In this document: in pieces, positions 1-9,957 of the stretch
Layout: each line of letters begins with the position of its first letter
How positions within the stretch are numbered: position 1 is the first letter of the stretch
From: Macrostomum lignano
Taxonomy: Eukaryota
NCBI GenBank assembly: GCA_002269645.1
Contig: NIVC01001046.1
Span: forward strand, 62,001-126,000
DNA length: 64,000 nucleotides
Direction: 5' to 3'
The notes under the pieces: generated by a model
What the model saw: the letters and a program-made list of their open reading frames with translations, nothing else
Databases searched by the model: none
Told to the model about the DNA's origin: nothing
Program-made: the position numbers and the translations under genes

Positions 1-112
1 TCCTCTCTGGCACCCCCACAATCTGGCACCTAATCCTCTCTGGCACCCCCACAATCTGCCCCTAATCCTCTCTGGCACCCCCACAATCTGCCCCTAATCC
101 TCTCTGATGGGG

Positions 113-470
113 TCCCTTGACAAGTCCCCATCCGCCCCTGACAAGTCCCAATCCGCCCCTGACAAGTCCCCATCCGCCCCTGACAAGTCCCAATCCGCCC
201 CTGACAAGTCCCCATCCGCCCCTGACAAGTCCCCATCCGCCCCTGACAAGTCACCATCCGCCCCTGACAAGTCCCCATCCGCCCCTGACAAGTCACCATC
301 CGCCCCTGACAAGTCCCCATCCGCCCCTGACAAGTCACCATCCGCCCCTGACAAGTCACCATCCGCCCCTGACAAGTCACCATCCGCCCCTGGCAAGTCA
401 CCATCCGCCCCTGGCAAGTCACCATCCGCCCCTGACAAGTCACCATCCGCCCCTGACAAGTCACCAGCCG
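113..470. repeat. 21-bp minisatellite CCCCTGACAAGTCCCCATCCG (about 17 copies), intron of TIS11-A
   Basis: Direct inspection; preceded by a 31-32-bp unit repeated about 3 times at 1-105. Confidence 0.95.
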
Positions 471-492
471 CATCCACCCCGCACTCCCGCAG

Positions 493-657
493 CTCAGCGG
501 CAGCTGCCCTTTTGCCAACCGGTGCCAATTCGCCCACGGCCCCGAGGAGCTGCGAGGCCGGCCCGACCGGCACTGGCTGTACAAAACGGAGCCCTGCCGC
601 GCTTTCCATGGCGAAGGACTCTGCCGGTACGGCGGCCGCTGTCATTTTCTACACTGA
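493..657 (+). CDS. Terminal exon of TIS11/ZFP36-type tandem CCCH zinc-finger protein (paralogue A); 5' exons lie upstream of the window
   Basis: After acceptor ccgcag: LSGSCPFANRCQFAHGPEELRGRPDRHWLYKTEPCRAFHGEGLCRYGGRCHFLH*. End of ZF1, YKTEP lead-in, complete C-x8-C-x5-C-x3-H ZF2. Same phase-0 intron position as paralogue B. Frame absent from the ORF track. Confidence 0.9.
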   Translation, partial: LSGSCPFANRCQFAHGPEELRGRPDRHWLYKTEPCRAFHGEGLCRYGGRCHFLH

Positions 658-1084
658 TTGACTTATGTGCATAGTTGTATGTATGTTTGTATTTATGTGT
701 ATATACGTCCATATGCTTAAAAATACAGACTTTACAGACTTATTTAAAAAATAATCCAACATATACTCAATTCCCGTTAAATTCTATTTAACTGACTTAT
801 TTTCTTGAAAATCAAATTTTCATACTGCGGTGAAGCTGATAAACTAAGAAGAGAATGCAACAAGGGAGGAAATAGGAGAGGAAATGGCGGGAGGCAACTT
901 AGCGTCGGTTCGATATTCGGTGCCGCTCAGCTTAAGCTATTCGCCTCACTTATTGTACTCATGTTTCTCTGTACTCGTGCTTTGAAATCTGTGACAATGA
1001 ATTCATAGATGGGTGGACCTTTTTTCTAAACCTTTCTGCAAAGTCTCCGTCTCATTCTCCGCTCCTCTCCGATCCCTTCGCCCG

Positions 1085-1725
1085 CTCTGCCCCTCTCCGC
1101 CCCTCTCCGCCCCTCTCCGCCCCTCTCCGTTCCTCTCCGCTCCTCTCCGCTCCTCTCCGCCCCTCTCAGCCACTCTCCGCCCCTCTCAGCCACTCTCCGC
1201 CCCTCCCAGCCACTTTCCGCCCTCTCCGCCCCTCTCCGCCACTCTCCGCTCCTCTCCGCCCCTCTCCGCCACTCTCCACCCTCTCCGCCCCTCTCAGCCA
1301 CTCTCCGCCCCTCTCAGCCACTCTCCGCCCCTCTCAGCCACTTTCCGCCCTCTCCGCTCCTCTCCGCCCCTCTCCGCCACTCTCCGCTCCTCTCCGCCAC
1401 TCTCCACCCCTCTCCGCCCCTCTCCGCTCCTCTCCGCCCCTCTCCGCCACTCTCCACCCCTCCGCCCCTCTCAGCCACTCTCCGCCCCTCTCAGCCACTC
1501 TCCGCCCCTCTCAGCCACTTTCCGCCCTCTCCGCCCCTCTCCGCCACTCTCCGCTCCTCTCCGCCACTCTCCACCCCTCTCCGCCCCTCTCCGCTCCTCT
1601 CGGTCCCTCTCCGCCACTCTCCAACCCTCTCCGCCCTCTCAGCCACTCTCAGCCACTCTCCGCCCCTCTCCGCCACTCTCCGCTCCTCTCCGCCCCTCTC
1701 CGCCCCTCCCCGTCCTCTCTGCTCC
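1085..1725. repeat. 10-bp satellite (CTCTCCGCCC)n
   Basis: Direct inspection; reverse complement of the 3880-4610 array. Confidence 0.95.
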
Positions 1726-1764
1726 TCTCCAGAAAAAATCAGAAGGGTGGGGACGGGAGAGGAG

Positions 1765-2035
1765 AGCAGGAGAGAGTGACAGGGTGAGAGAGAGTGACAG
1801 GGGGAAAGAGAGTGACAGGCCGGGAGAGAGTGACAGGCCGGGAGAGAGTGACAGGCCGGGAGAGAGTGACAGGGGCCGGGAGAGAGTGACAGGCCGGGAG
1901 AGAGTGACAGGCCGGGAGAGAGTGACAGAGGCCGGGAGAGAGTGACAGGGGCCGGGAGAGAGTGACAGGCCAGGAGAGAGTGACAGGCTGGGAGAGAGTG
2001 ACAGGGCGGAAGAGAGTGACAGGCCGGGAGAGAGG
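1765..2035. repeat. 18-bp minisatellite GGGAGAGAGTGACAGGCC
   Basis: Direct inspection. Confidence 0.9.
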
Positions 2036-2888
2036 AAAATCGCGGAGGTGCGATCAGGAAATGTAAGGTTTTTTTTGGAAGCAGTTCTTGAGGTGCTTTG
2101 TGAAGCTGCTGTGTTAAACGACTTATAGTCCTCGGTCGGGGTCAGTCAGTCAGTCAGTCAGGCTGGGCCTCAAACCAGGCTTCACAGCAGGGTTTCTCAG
2201 TTTTTTATTGTCTGTTTAACAGCAATTATTTATGCTTCCTTGACCTTATTCGCTGAGGAGCGAAGATTTGCGCTCACCTACGATATGAGCTGGAGACCAT
2301 ACGTACCCTCGTATATCGTTTGAGTCCAACTCGGTTGCTTGCCAAGCGGTGACCGCGGTGACCCAGCTGTGAGCTGCAGTCAGCAAAGCCGACCAGCCGA
2401 AGCGGTGAAGTCCGATCTGCAGCAGCTTGAGACACCTGGGATGCTCAGGTTGGCTCAGCTCTCCAAGTGTTCGTAACAGCCCAGTTCGAGTTGTGCTGAT
2501 TCGCCATGGCAACTAGCGGGAATGCAGAGCTCGGGGCCGAGACCAGGTGGGCCCGGCAGCGGAATGAAAGCAACTGGCTGCCCCCTCAATTTCACTTTGA
2601 GTCCGTCTGCCATCAAAAACTGGAACTTTGGAATTCGAACTCAGGACGATCAATATTCTCATCAACTAGAGTTCTAAAGGAACCACATCACAAGCGTGTT
2701 CGACAAAGTGATGGATTGCAACTAATTTCATAACTTGTTAATTGATTATATATTATACTCGTAATTTTCTAATTAGTGTTTATTTAATAAAATTTTAAAG
2801 CAAAGATTACGAGTAGTTACAGAACACAAAACTAGGCATTCCATATTTTATGTGGTTAGTTTGTATTACAATTGAGAGTGCAGGGCTG

Positions 2889-3512
2889 TCACTGTCCTGT
2901 CAGTTTCCTGCGGCCGCAGCCGTGGCCGGTGCCCAGCGGGCAGTATTTCACGGTGTGGGCGCTGCCGCCGGTGGCGCCGCACAGCGGGCAGGTGAAGCGG
3001 CTGAGCACCGGGCAGGCGACGCTGCCGTTGCCGTCCTTCAGGGTGTGGCCGCTGCTGAAGGCCTCCGGCTCGCCGTTCTTGCGGCAGAAGACGCAGAAGA
3101 CGGGGCGGCGCGGCCGGCTGGCGTTCCTGGCGAGCACCGCGCGCTGCAGGGCGGCGTTGGGCAGCGGGGCGGCAGCGGGCTGGAACTGGAGCTGGAGCTG
3201 CTGCTGGGTCTCGAGCTGGAGCTGCTGCTGGGTCTTGAGCTGGTGCTGCTGCTGGGTCTCGAGCTGGAGCTGCTGCTGGGTCTCGAGCTTGAGCTGCTGC
3301 TGGGTCTCGAGCTGGAGCTGCTGCTGGGTCTCGAGCTTGAGCTGCTGCTGGGTCTCGAGCTGGAGCTGCTGCTGGGTCTCGAGCTGGAGCTGCTGCTGGG
3401 TTTCGAGCTGGAGCTGCTGCTGGGTCTCGAGCTGGAGCTGCTGCTGGGTGTCAGTCTGCTGCCGCAGGTACTGCAGGTACCGATTCTGCAGCTGCAGATT
3501 TTTAGAATACAT
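2889..3512 (-). CDS. nanos: Nanos (two CCHC zinc fingers); true start uncertain, ZF exon probably starts at acceptor 3491
   Basis: FCVFCRKNGEPEAFSSGHTLKDGNGSVACPVLSRFTCPLCGATGGSAHTVKYCP is the canonical Nanos domain. AATAAA on the minus strand at 2779-2784. Confidence 0.93.
   Translation of the reverse strand: MYSKNLQLQNRYLQYLRQQTDTQQQLQLETQQQLQLETQQQLQLETQQQLQLETQQQLKLETQQQLQLETQQQLKLETQQQLQLETQQQHQLKTQQQLQLETQQQLQLQFQPAAAPLPNAALQRAVLARNASRPRRPVFCVFCRKNGEPEAFSSGHTLKDGNGSVACPVLSRFTCPLCGATGGSAHTVKYCPLGTGHGCGRRKLTGQ
3186..3449 (-). repeat. Coding 24-bp repeat x11 in nanos (TQQQLQLE)
   Basis: Unit GAGCTGGAGCTGCTGCTGGGTCTC on the plus strand; keeps the frame. Confidence 0.95.
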
Positions 3513-3561
3513 TTATAAAATTCCATCTTGAAATGTTTCGATGCCGAGAACTCAGCTTTAC

Positions 3562-3818
3562 ACAGGTGGACTCGACTGGGCATCTCAGACCGACGCGTCT
3601 CCAGGCCGTCTCCCAACTCCCATGGCCCCAGCAACCAAACGAGACTCGGATTGGGAAGGGGGGTGACGGAGCTGAGAGGCCGCAGGCTGGCTGCAGCTGG
3701 AGACGGCTCTCCGTTGCCAAGCGGTTTCCAAGCGGGAATTTGCGGTTGCCTCTCGGCCAGCCCAGGTGGCTGCGGCTGCTGGAGCGACTCGAGCGATCTG
3801 GGAGTTGCCATGCCGGCC
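3562..3818 (-). other. Probable upstream nanos exon (reading frame unresolved)
   Basis: Polypyrimidine tract plus ctcctcag acceptor before 3818, ATG at 3811, gtaaag donor after 3562. Part of it is conserved in the copy at 9032-9185. Confidence 0.45.
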
Positions 3819-3879
3819 TGAGGAGCGAAAGGGAGATTGAGAGAGAGGAGAGGAGATTGGAGTTGTTGAAAGCGCGGTG

Positions 3880-4610
3880 AGGGGCGGAGAGGGGCGGAGA
3901 GAGGCGGAGAGGGCCGGAGAGGAGCGGAGAGGGGCGGAGAGGGGCGGAGAGGGGCGGAGAGAGGCGGAGAAAGGCGGAGAGGGGCGGAGAGCGGCGGAGA
4001 GAGGCGGAGAGGGCCGGAGAGGGGCGGAGAGGGGCGGAGAGCGGCGGAGAGAGGCGGAGAGGGCCGGAGAGGGGCGGAGAGGGCCGGAGAGGGGCGGAGA
4101 GGGGCGGAGAGGGGCGGAGAGGGGCGGAGAGGGGCGGAGAGGGGCGGAGAGGGGCAGAGAGGGGCAGAGAGGGGCGGTGAGGGGCGGAGAGCGGCGTAGA
4201 GAGGCGGAGAGGGCCGGAGAGGGCCGGAGAGGGGCGGAGAGCGGCGGAGAGAGGCGGAGAGGGCCGGAGAGGGGCGGAGAGGGGCGGAGAGGGGCGGAGA
4301 GAGGCGGAGAGGGCCGGAGAGGGGCGGAGAGGGGCGGAGAGGGGCGGAGAGGGCCGGAGAGAGGCGGAGAGGGCAGGAGAGGGGCGGAGAGCGGCGGAGT
4401 GAGGCGGAGAGGAGCGGAGAGAGGCGGAGATGGCCGGAGAGGGGCGGAGAGGGCCGGAGAGGGGCGGAGAGAGGCGGAGAGGGCCGGAGAGGGGCGGAGA
4501 GGGGCGGAGAGGGGCGGAGAGGGCCGGAGAGGGCGGAGAGCGGCGGAGAGAGGCGGAGAGGGCCGGAGAGGGGCGGAGAGCGGCGAAGAGGGGCGGAGAG
4601 GAGCGGCGAG
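3880..4610. repeat. 10-bp satellite (GGGCGGAGAG)n
   Basis: Direct inspection. Confidence 0.95.
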
Positions 4611-5349
4611 GTAGAGGTTGAGGTAGAAAGGCGAGGGAAAGCGAGAGGGCGAGGGAGAGGAGATGAAGAGGTAGAGTCAGAAGGGATTTTCAGTTTCTTG
4701 ACATTTTGAAGTGAGCTGGCTGCTCTCCAAAGCAGCCGGAGTCTGTGGGGATCTGCGGTGGGGAGTCCTGGCTGGGGTTGCAGTGGGGAGGATCAGTGCG
4801 AGTTCCCCGCACGAAATGCTGGCCGCCCACGCTTTGCCTGCTGCTTCCCTGCACGGCGTCTCAAAGTCTTGTGGGGATTTCCGAGCCGCCCTTTTTTCCC
4901 GGACTCGAATTCGGAAACTGGGGTGGATTGAGGAGTGTCAGAGGGGCGGATTGAGGAGTGTCAGAGGGGCGGATTGGGGAGTGTCAGAGGGGCGGATTGA
5001 AGAGCGTCAGAGGGGCGGGTTGAGGACTGTCAGAGTGACACGAAGTGTGTCAGAGTGAATTCCCCAAATCCATTTTAGGAAATAGTTTCATAGCTTCGTT
5101 TTCATTTGATTCATGGTGTCATCGTGTCATTTCCTTAATTTTGCTTTCTGCTGCCTTTTCGCAATGCTTTGCCTTTCCTTATGAGAGGGGGTCATCAGAC
5201 CGGGATGTCTTTTCTCCAGAAAGTTAAGCATTGATTTTCACTCAGCCACCAGTTTCTATACAAGATTTATTCACCCCAAAGCTTGCTCGATCCCCATTCG
5301 CTAAGGTGAGGGAGGGGTTCAAGGGGCCCGGAGGTTCTCCTTGCTTCTC

Positions 5350-5393
5350 CCATTGGCTCAGGAGGCGCCCCCTCCCCTCAAAGGCGATAAAAG
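5350..5393 (+). promoter_or_regulatory. Putative core promoter of TIS11 paralogue B (reverse CCAAT box, GATAAAAG TATA-like)
   Basis: ATTGG at 5352-5356 and GATAAAAG at 5386-5393, about 95-135 nt upstream of ATG 5485. Confidence 0.4.
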
Positions 5394-5484
5394 CGGCCTG
5401 AGGATCTGTGCGGCTTGAAACTGAAAATCATCCGAACTCACTACTCAACTTTTCACCACAGCTTAGCAATTTTGATAGCCAGCC

Positions 5485-7784
5485 ATGAGCAGCTGCAGTT
5501 CCAGTTCCGGATTGACCGCCTATGGAGAGCTGCGACTGAGCGAAGGTACGCAAATTTCTGCTGCACCTGGCTTCTTGATTGACAGCTCATTGAATTTATT
5601 GCACATTCAGCACACATTCAGCACACATTCAGCACACATTCAGCACACATTCAGTACGCATTCAGCACACATTCAGTACACATTCAGCACACATTCAGCA
5701 CACATTCAGAACACATTCAGCACACATTCAGCACACATTCAGCACACATTCAGCACACATTCAGAACACATTCAGAACACATTCAGCACACATTCAGCAC
5801 ACATTCAGAACACATTCAGCACACATTCAGTACACATTCAGTACACATTCAGCACACATTCAGCACACATTCAGCACACATTCAGCACACATTCAGAACA
5901 CATTCAGAACACATTTAGCACACATTCAGCACACATTCAGTACGCATTCAGCACACATTCAGCACACATTCAGCACACATTCAGCACACATTCAGTACGC
6001 ATTCAGCACACATTCAGTACACATTCAGCACACATTCAGCACACATTCAGAACACATTCAGCACACATTCAGCACACATTCAGCACACATTCAGCACACA
6101 TTCAGCACACATTCAGAACACATTCAGCACACATTCAGCACACATTCAGAACACCTTCAGCACACATTCAGCACGCATTCAGCACACATTCAGCACACAT
6201 TCAGCACACATTCAGCACACATTCAGCACACATTCAGCATACATTCAGAATGCATTCAGATTCAGAACATATCTACACACTCAGAACACATCTACAGACA
6301 TTCAGAACACATTCAGTACGCATTCAGCACACATTCAGTACACATTCAGTACACATTCAGTACGCATTCAGCACGCATTCAGCACACATTCAGCACACAT
6401 TCAGCACACATTCAGAACACATCAAGTCTGTAGTCACAACACATGTTTACAACATACCCAACACATTAGAACTCAGCCAATAATCCCAAACAATCATCAT
6501 CCAAATTTCATATTTCAGAGCAAGCCAGTGTCATCACGGACGAAGACACTTTCTGCCTCATCGACCGGCTGGTCAGCGACCTGCTGCTGGAGGAACAGGA
6601 GGGCTCAAGGAGAAGAGACTTGGACACTGAGAAGTACAAAACAGAGCTCTGCCTGAACTACTCTGTGAGTGCGAAGTAGACTGTGCATCTTGGCTTATAG
6701 AAATGCATTGGTAAAGCATAGGGTTTAATGGTCATAGGGTCTGAGATCCACAGATTGATGTGTCATAAGGATTCGTAGTCATGGACTAATGGTCATGGAG
6801 GCTGATGGTCACAGGATTGTCATAAAAATTCGTGGTCGTATGGTGTGATGGACATAGATATTGATCGTCATAGTGGCTTCTGGTTATTGAGATTTATGGT
6901 CATAGAAGTGGCTGCTCATCAAGGTTGATGCTCGTTGCTCGAGGTTGATGGATTGATGGTCATATGGATGGGTTGCAATACAGTGATGGTCATATAGATG
7001 GGTTGCAATACAGTGATGGTCATATAGATGGGTTGCAATACAGTGATGGTCATATAGATGGGTTGCAATACAGTGATGGTCATATAGATGGGTTGCAATA
7101 CAGTGATGGTCATATAGATGGGTTGCAATACAGTGATGGTCATATAGATGGGTTGCAATACAGTGATGGTCATATAGATGGGTTGCAATACAGTGATGGT
7201 ATAGCCAGGTATAGGTCATAGATATTAGGTCATGGGCATCATAGGCCAGGTATAGATCATAGATTTTAGGTCATGGGCATTAAAGCCAGGTATAGGTCAT
7301 AGATATAAGGTCATGGGCATCATAGACCAGGTATAGGTCATAGATATTAGGTCATGGGCATCATATTCCAGGTATAGGTCATAGATATTAGGTCATGGAC
7401 ATCATAGGCCAGGTATAGGTCATGGACATCATAGGCCAGGTATAGGTCATGATATTATAGGCCATGTGCATCATAGGCCAGGTATAGGTCATAGATATTA
7501 GGTCATGGGCATCATAGGCCAGGTATAGGTCATAGATATTAGGTCATGGGCATCATAGGCCAGGCATAGGTCATAGATAGCCTCAGCCCGGTCATACTCA
7601 TGGCCCACCGAAATCGCCATCGCAGGAGAGCGGCAGCTGTCCTTACGGTCCGAAGTGCCGGTTCGCCCACGGCAAATCCGAGCTGAGGTCGGTGGTTCGA
7701 CACCCACTGTACCGCACCGTGCCTTGCCTGGCCTTCAGCTCGGGGCACTGCAGGTTCGGCCGCCGATGCGCCTTTCTGCACTGA
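5485..7784 (+). CDS. TIS11/ZFP36-type tandem CCCH zinc-finger protein (paralogue B), 3 exons, 121 aa
   Basis: Exons 5485-5545, 6519-6664, 7626-7784 with compatible phases (1, 0). Contains [26 protein letters not shown], an 18-aa linker ending YRTVP, then [19 protein letters not shown]. Confidence 0.9.
5600..6420. repeat. 11-bp satellite (CAGCACACATT)n, TIS11-B intron 1
   Basis: Direct inspection. Confidence 0.95.
6950..7575. repeat. 30-bp array (6950-7200) then about 41-bp array (7200-7575), TIS11-B intron 2
   Basis: GATGGTCATATAGATGGGTTGCAATACAGT; GGTCATGGGCATCATAGGCCAGGTATAGGTCATAGATATTA. Confidence 0.93.
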
Positions 7785-8049
7785 ACATGGAAGACACCCG
7801 AAGAGACAGCGGCACCCCAGGACACCCAAGACAGCGGCACCCCAGGACACCCAAGACAGCGGCACCCCAGGACACCCCAAAAGAAGGCCTTTAAAAAATT
7901 ATGATTTGAGTTGAAAAGTTACTATTACTGTTGCCTTATTGTTACATACTACGCGAATCGAACTAAGGACGTCGGATGCGCTCATTTTTGTTTACAAAAA
8001 ATGTACCAAGTACTTGTAATCCTCAATTGCATCGCTCACCTTTACTCCA

Positions 8050-8385
8050 CTGACCCTCCTTGACCCTACTGACCCTCCTTGACCCTACTGACCCTCCTTG
8101 ACTCCACTGACTCCCCTTGACCCTAATGACTCCCCTTGACCCCACTGACTCCCTTTGACCCCACTGAATCCAATGACTCCCCTTGACCCCACTGACTCCC
8201 TTTGACCCCATTGAATCCCCTTGACTCCACTGACTCCCCTTGACCCCACTGAATCCCCTTGACCCCACTGATCGCTTGACCCCACTGACTCCCTTTGACC
8301 CCACTGAATCCCCTTGACTCCACTGACTCCCTTTGACCCCACTGAATCCAATGACTCCCCTTGACCCACTGATCCCTTGACCCCT
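8050..8385. repeat. About 20-bp degenerate minisatellite CCCTTGACCCCACTGACTCC
   Basis: Direct inspection. Confidence 0.88.
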
Positions 8386-8929
8386 TTGCTTTTGCCTCTC
8401 TTCTGAATTGATTTCCCATCGGCGCATCGCTTAAAATATTTCGATTGCACATTTAACACTAAACTGTTTCCGAATCGCTTCTTACATCTTCGATTTTGCA
8501 TGAGTTACACAGTTCTGTAGTTGTCTGTCTGTAATTTTCAAAGCAAATAACCGCAACTTTCTTGCTAAGCTGCATGACTTCAAAAGTATAACAAACTGTA
8601 ATTTTTGTCCACTTGTAATTACATTCAGTTAATATAAGTAGGATAAAATAAACTCAATATGCTGCTTTGTACAGACCCTTAGTAAATATTTTCTATGCAA
8701 TTATCTTTGCTAAATTTTGTTGAATTCATTAAAAAGATGCAGCGCTTGTTTTAAGACTGAAATTAACGCTAAATAAAGCTTGGGATATTACAGAGAGGGA
8801 TGGGCCTCAGTGGCTGAGGGTCCGCAAGGACAGACCAAGAGTTATTCGGGTCCTTGCTCCTTGCGTGAGGTTCAAGGACGCCTGCACTGCCGGCTGTGCT
8901 ATTTTTAGAACCAGTCGAGTTGAGACTCC

Positions 8930-9185
8930 ACAGGTGGGTCTGCGGCGGTTGCTAAGGGCAGCTCTGGGATTTTCGAACCGGTTTGAAGGCTCGACTTCCA
9001 GGTGGACTTAAAGGTTGAGGGTAGCGGGGTTGAGAGGCCGCAGGCTGGCTGCAGCTGGAGACGGCTCTCCGTTGCCAAGCGGTTTCCAAGCGGGAATTCG
9101 CGGTCGCCTCTCGGCCAGCCCAGGTGGCTGCGGCTGCTGGAGCGACTCGAGCGATCTGAGAGTTGCCATGCCGGCCTGAGGAGCT
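8930..9185 (-). pseudogene. Degenerate duplicate of the nanos 5' region, zinc-finger exon absent
   Basis: About 9032-9185 is nearly identical to about 3673-3825 (gagaggccgcagg...gccatgccggcctgaggagc). Further short matches (agtccacctg, ttctaaaaat) but no CCHC sequence downstream. Confidence 0.65.
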
Positions 9186-9252
9186 GTGAGATTTGAATTG
9201 GGTGAGGGCAGCTGAGGGAGAGAAGTGAAAGTTCGAGGTTTTGTGTTGCATG

Positions 9253-9580
9253 GGGAGGGAGAGGGAGAGGGAGAGGGAGAGGGAGAGGGAGAAGGAGAGG
9301 AAGAGGAAGAGGGAGAGGGAGAAGGAGAGAGAGGGAGAGGGAGAGGGAGAGGGTGAGGGTGAAGAGAGGGAGAGGGAGAGGGAGAGGGAGAGGGAGAGGG
9401 AGAGGGAGAGGGAGAGGGAGAGGGAGAGGGAGAGGGAGAGGGTGAGGGAGAGGGAGAGGGAGAGGGAGAGGGAGAGGGAGAGGGAGAGGGAGAGGGTGAG
9501 GGAGAAGGAGAGGGAGAGGGAGAGGGAGAGGGAGAGGAAGAGGGAGAAGGAGAGGAAGAGGAAGAGGGAGAGGGAGAGAG
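9253..9580. repeat. (GAGGGA)n hexamer
   Basis: Direct inspection. Confidence 0.95.
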
Positions 9581-9957
9581 GAGCCAGAATAGGCTTTTCG
9601 GTTTCTTTACATTTTTAAGTGAAGATCGCCGGCGTTGTTAACACCAGGTGGGACTCCATGATCTGAGCCCGGGACTCCTAAAAATAGCTCAGGTGCAAAA
9701 TAGCATGGCGCTAGCTCTAGAAGTCCTTGTCTGAGCTTTACTATTTCATTTGAAGGTGAGTGAGAGGGAAGTCAGAGTGTTAGAATTCAGAAGCGGAGCC
9801 AAAATCTCATTCCCATTGTCCCTCTCCATGGGTGGTCCTGTCCAATTCCTTGCCTTGCTTCAACTTGCTTCGCGACACCCGAAGATCTGACAGTGAAATG
9901 ATTTATTTTCCTCTGCATTTCTCAGGTTCTCGCATCAGCTGTAAGGTCAATATGAGA

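Noticed and set aside
5485-6483. 332-aa ORF as a single CDS
   Set aside because: Only 5485-5545 is exonic; the rest is the 11-bp satellite intron.
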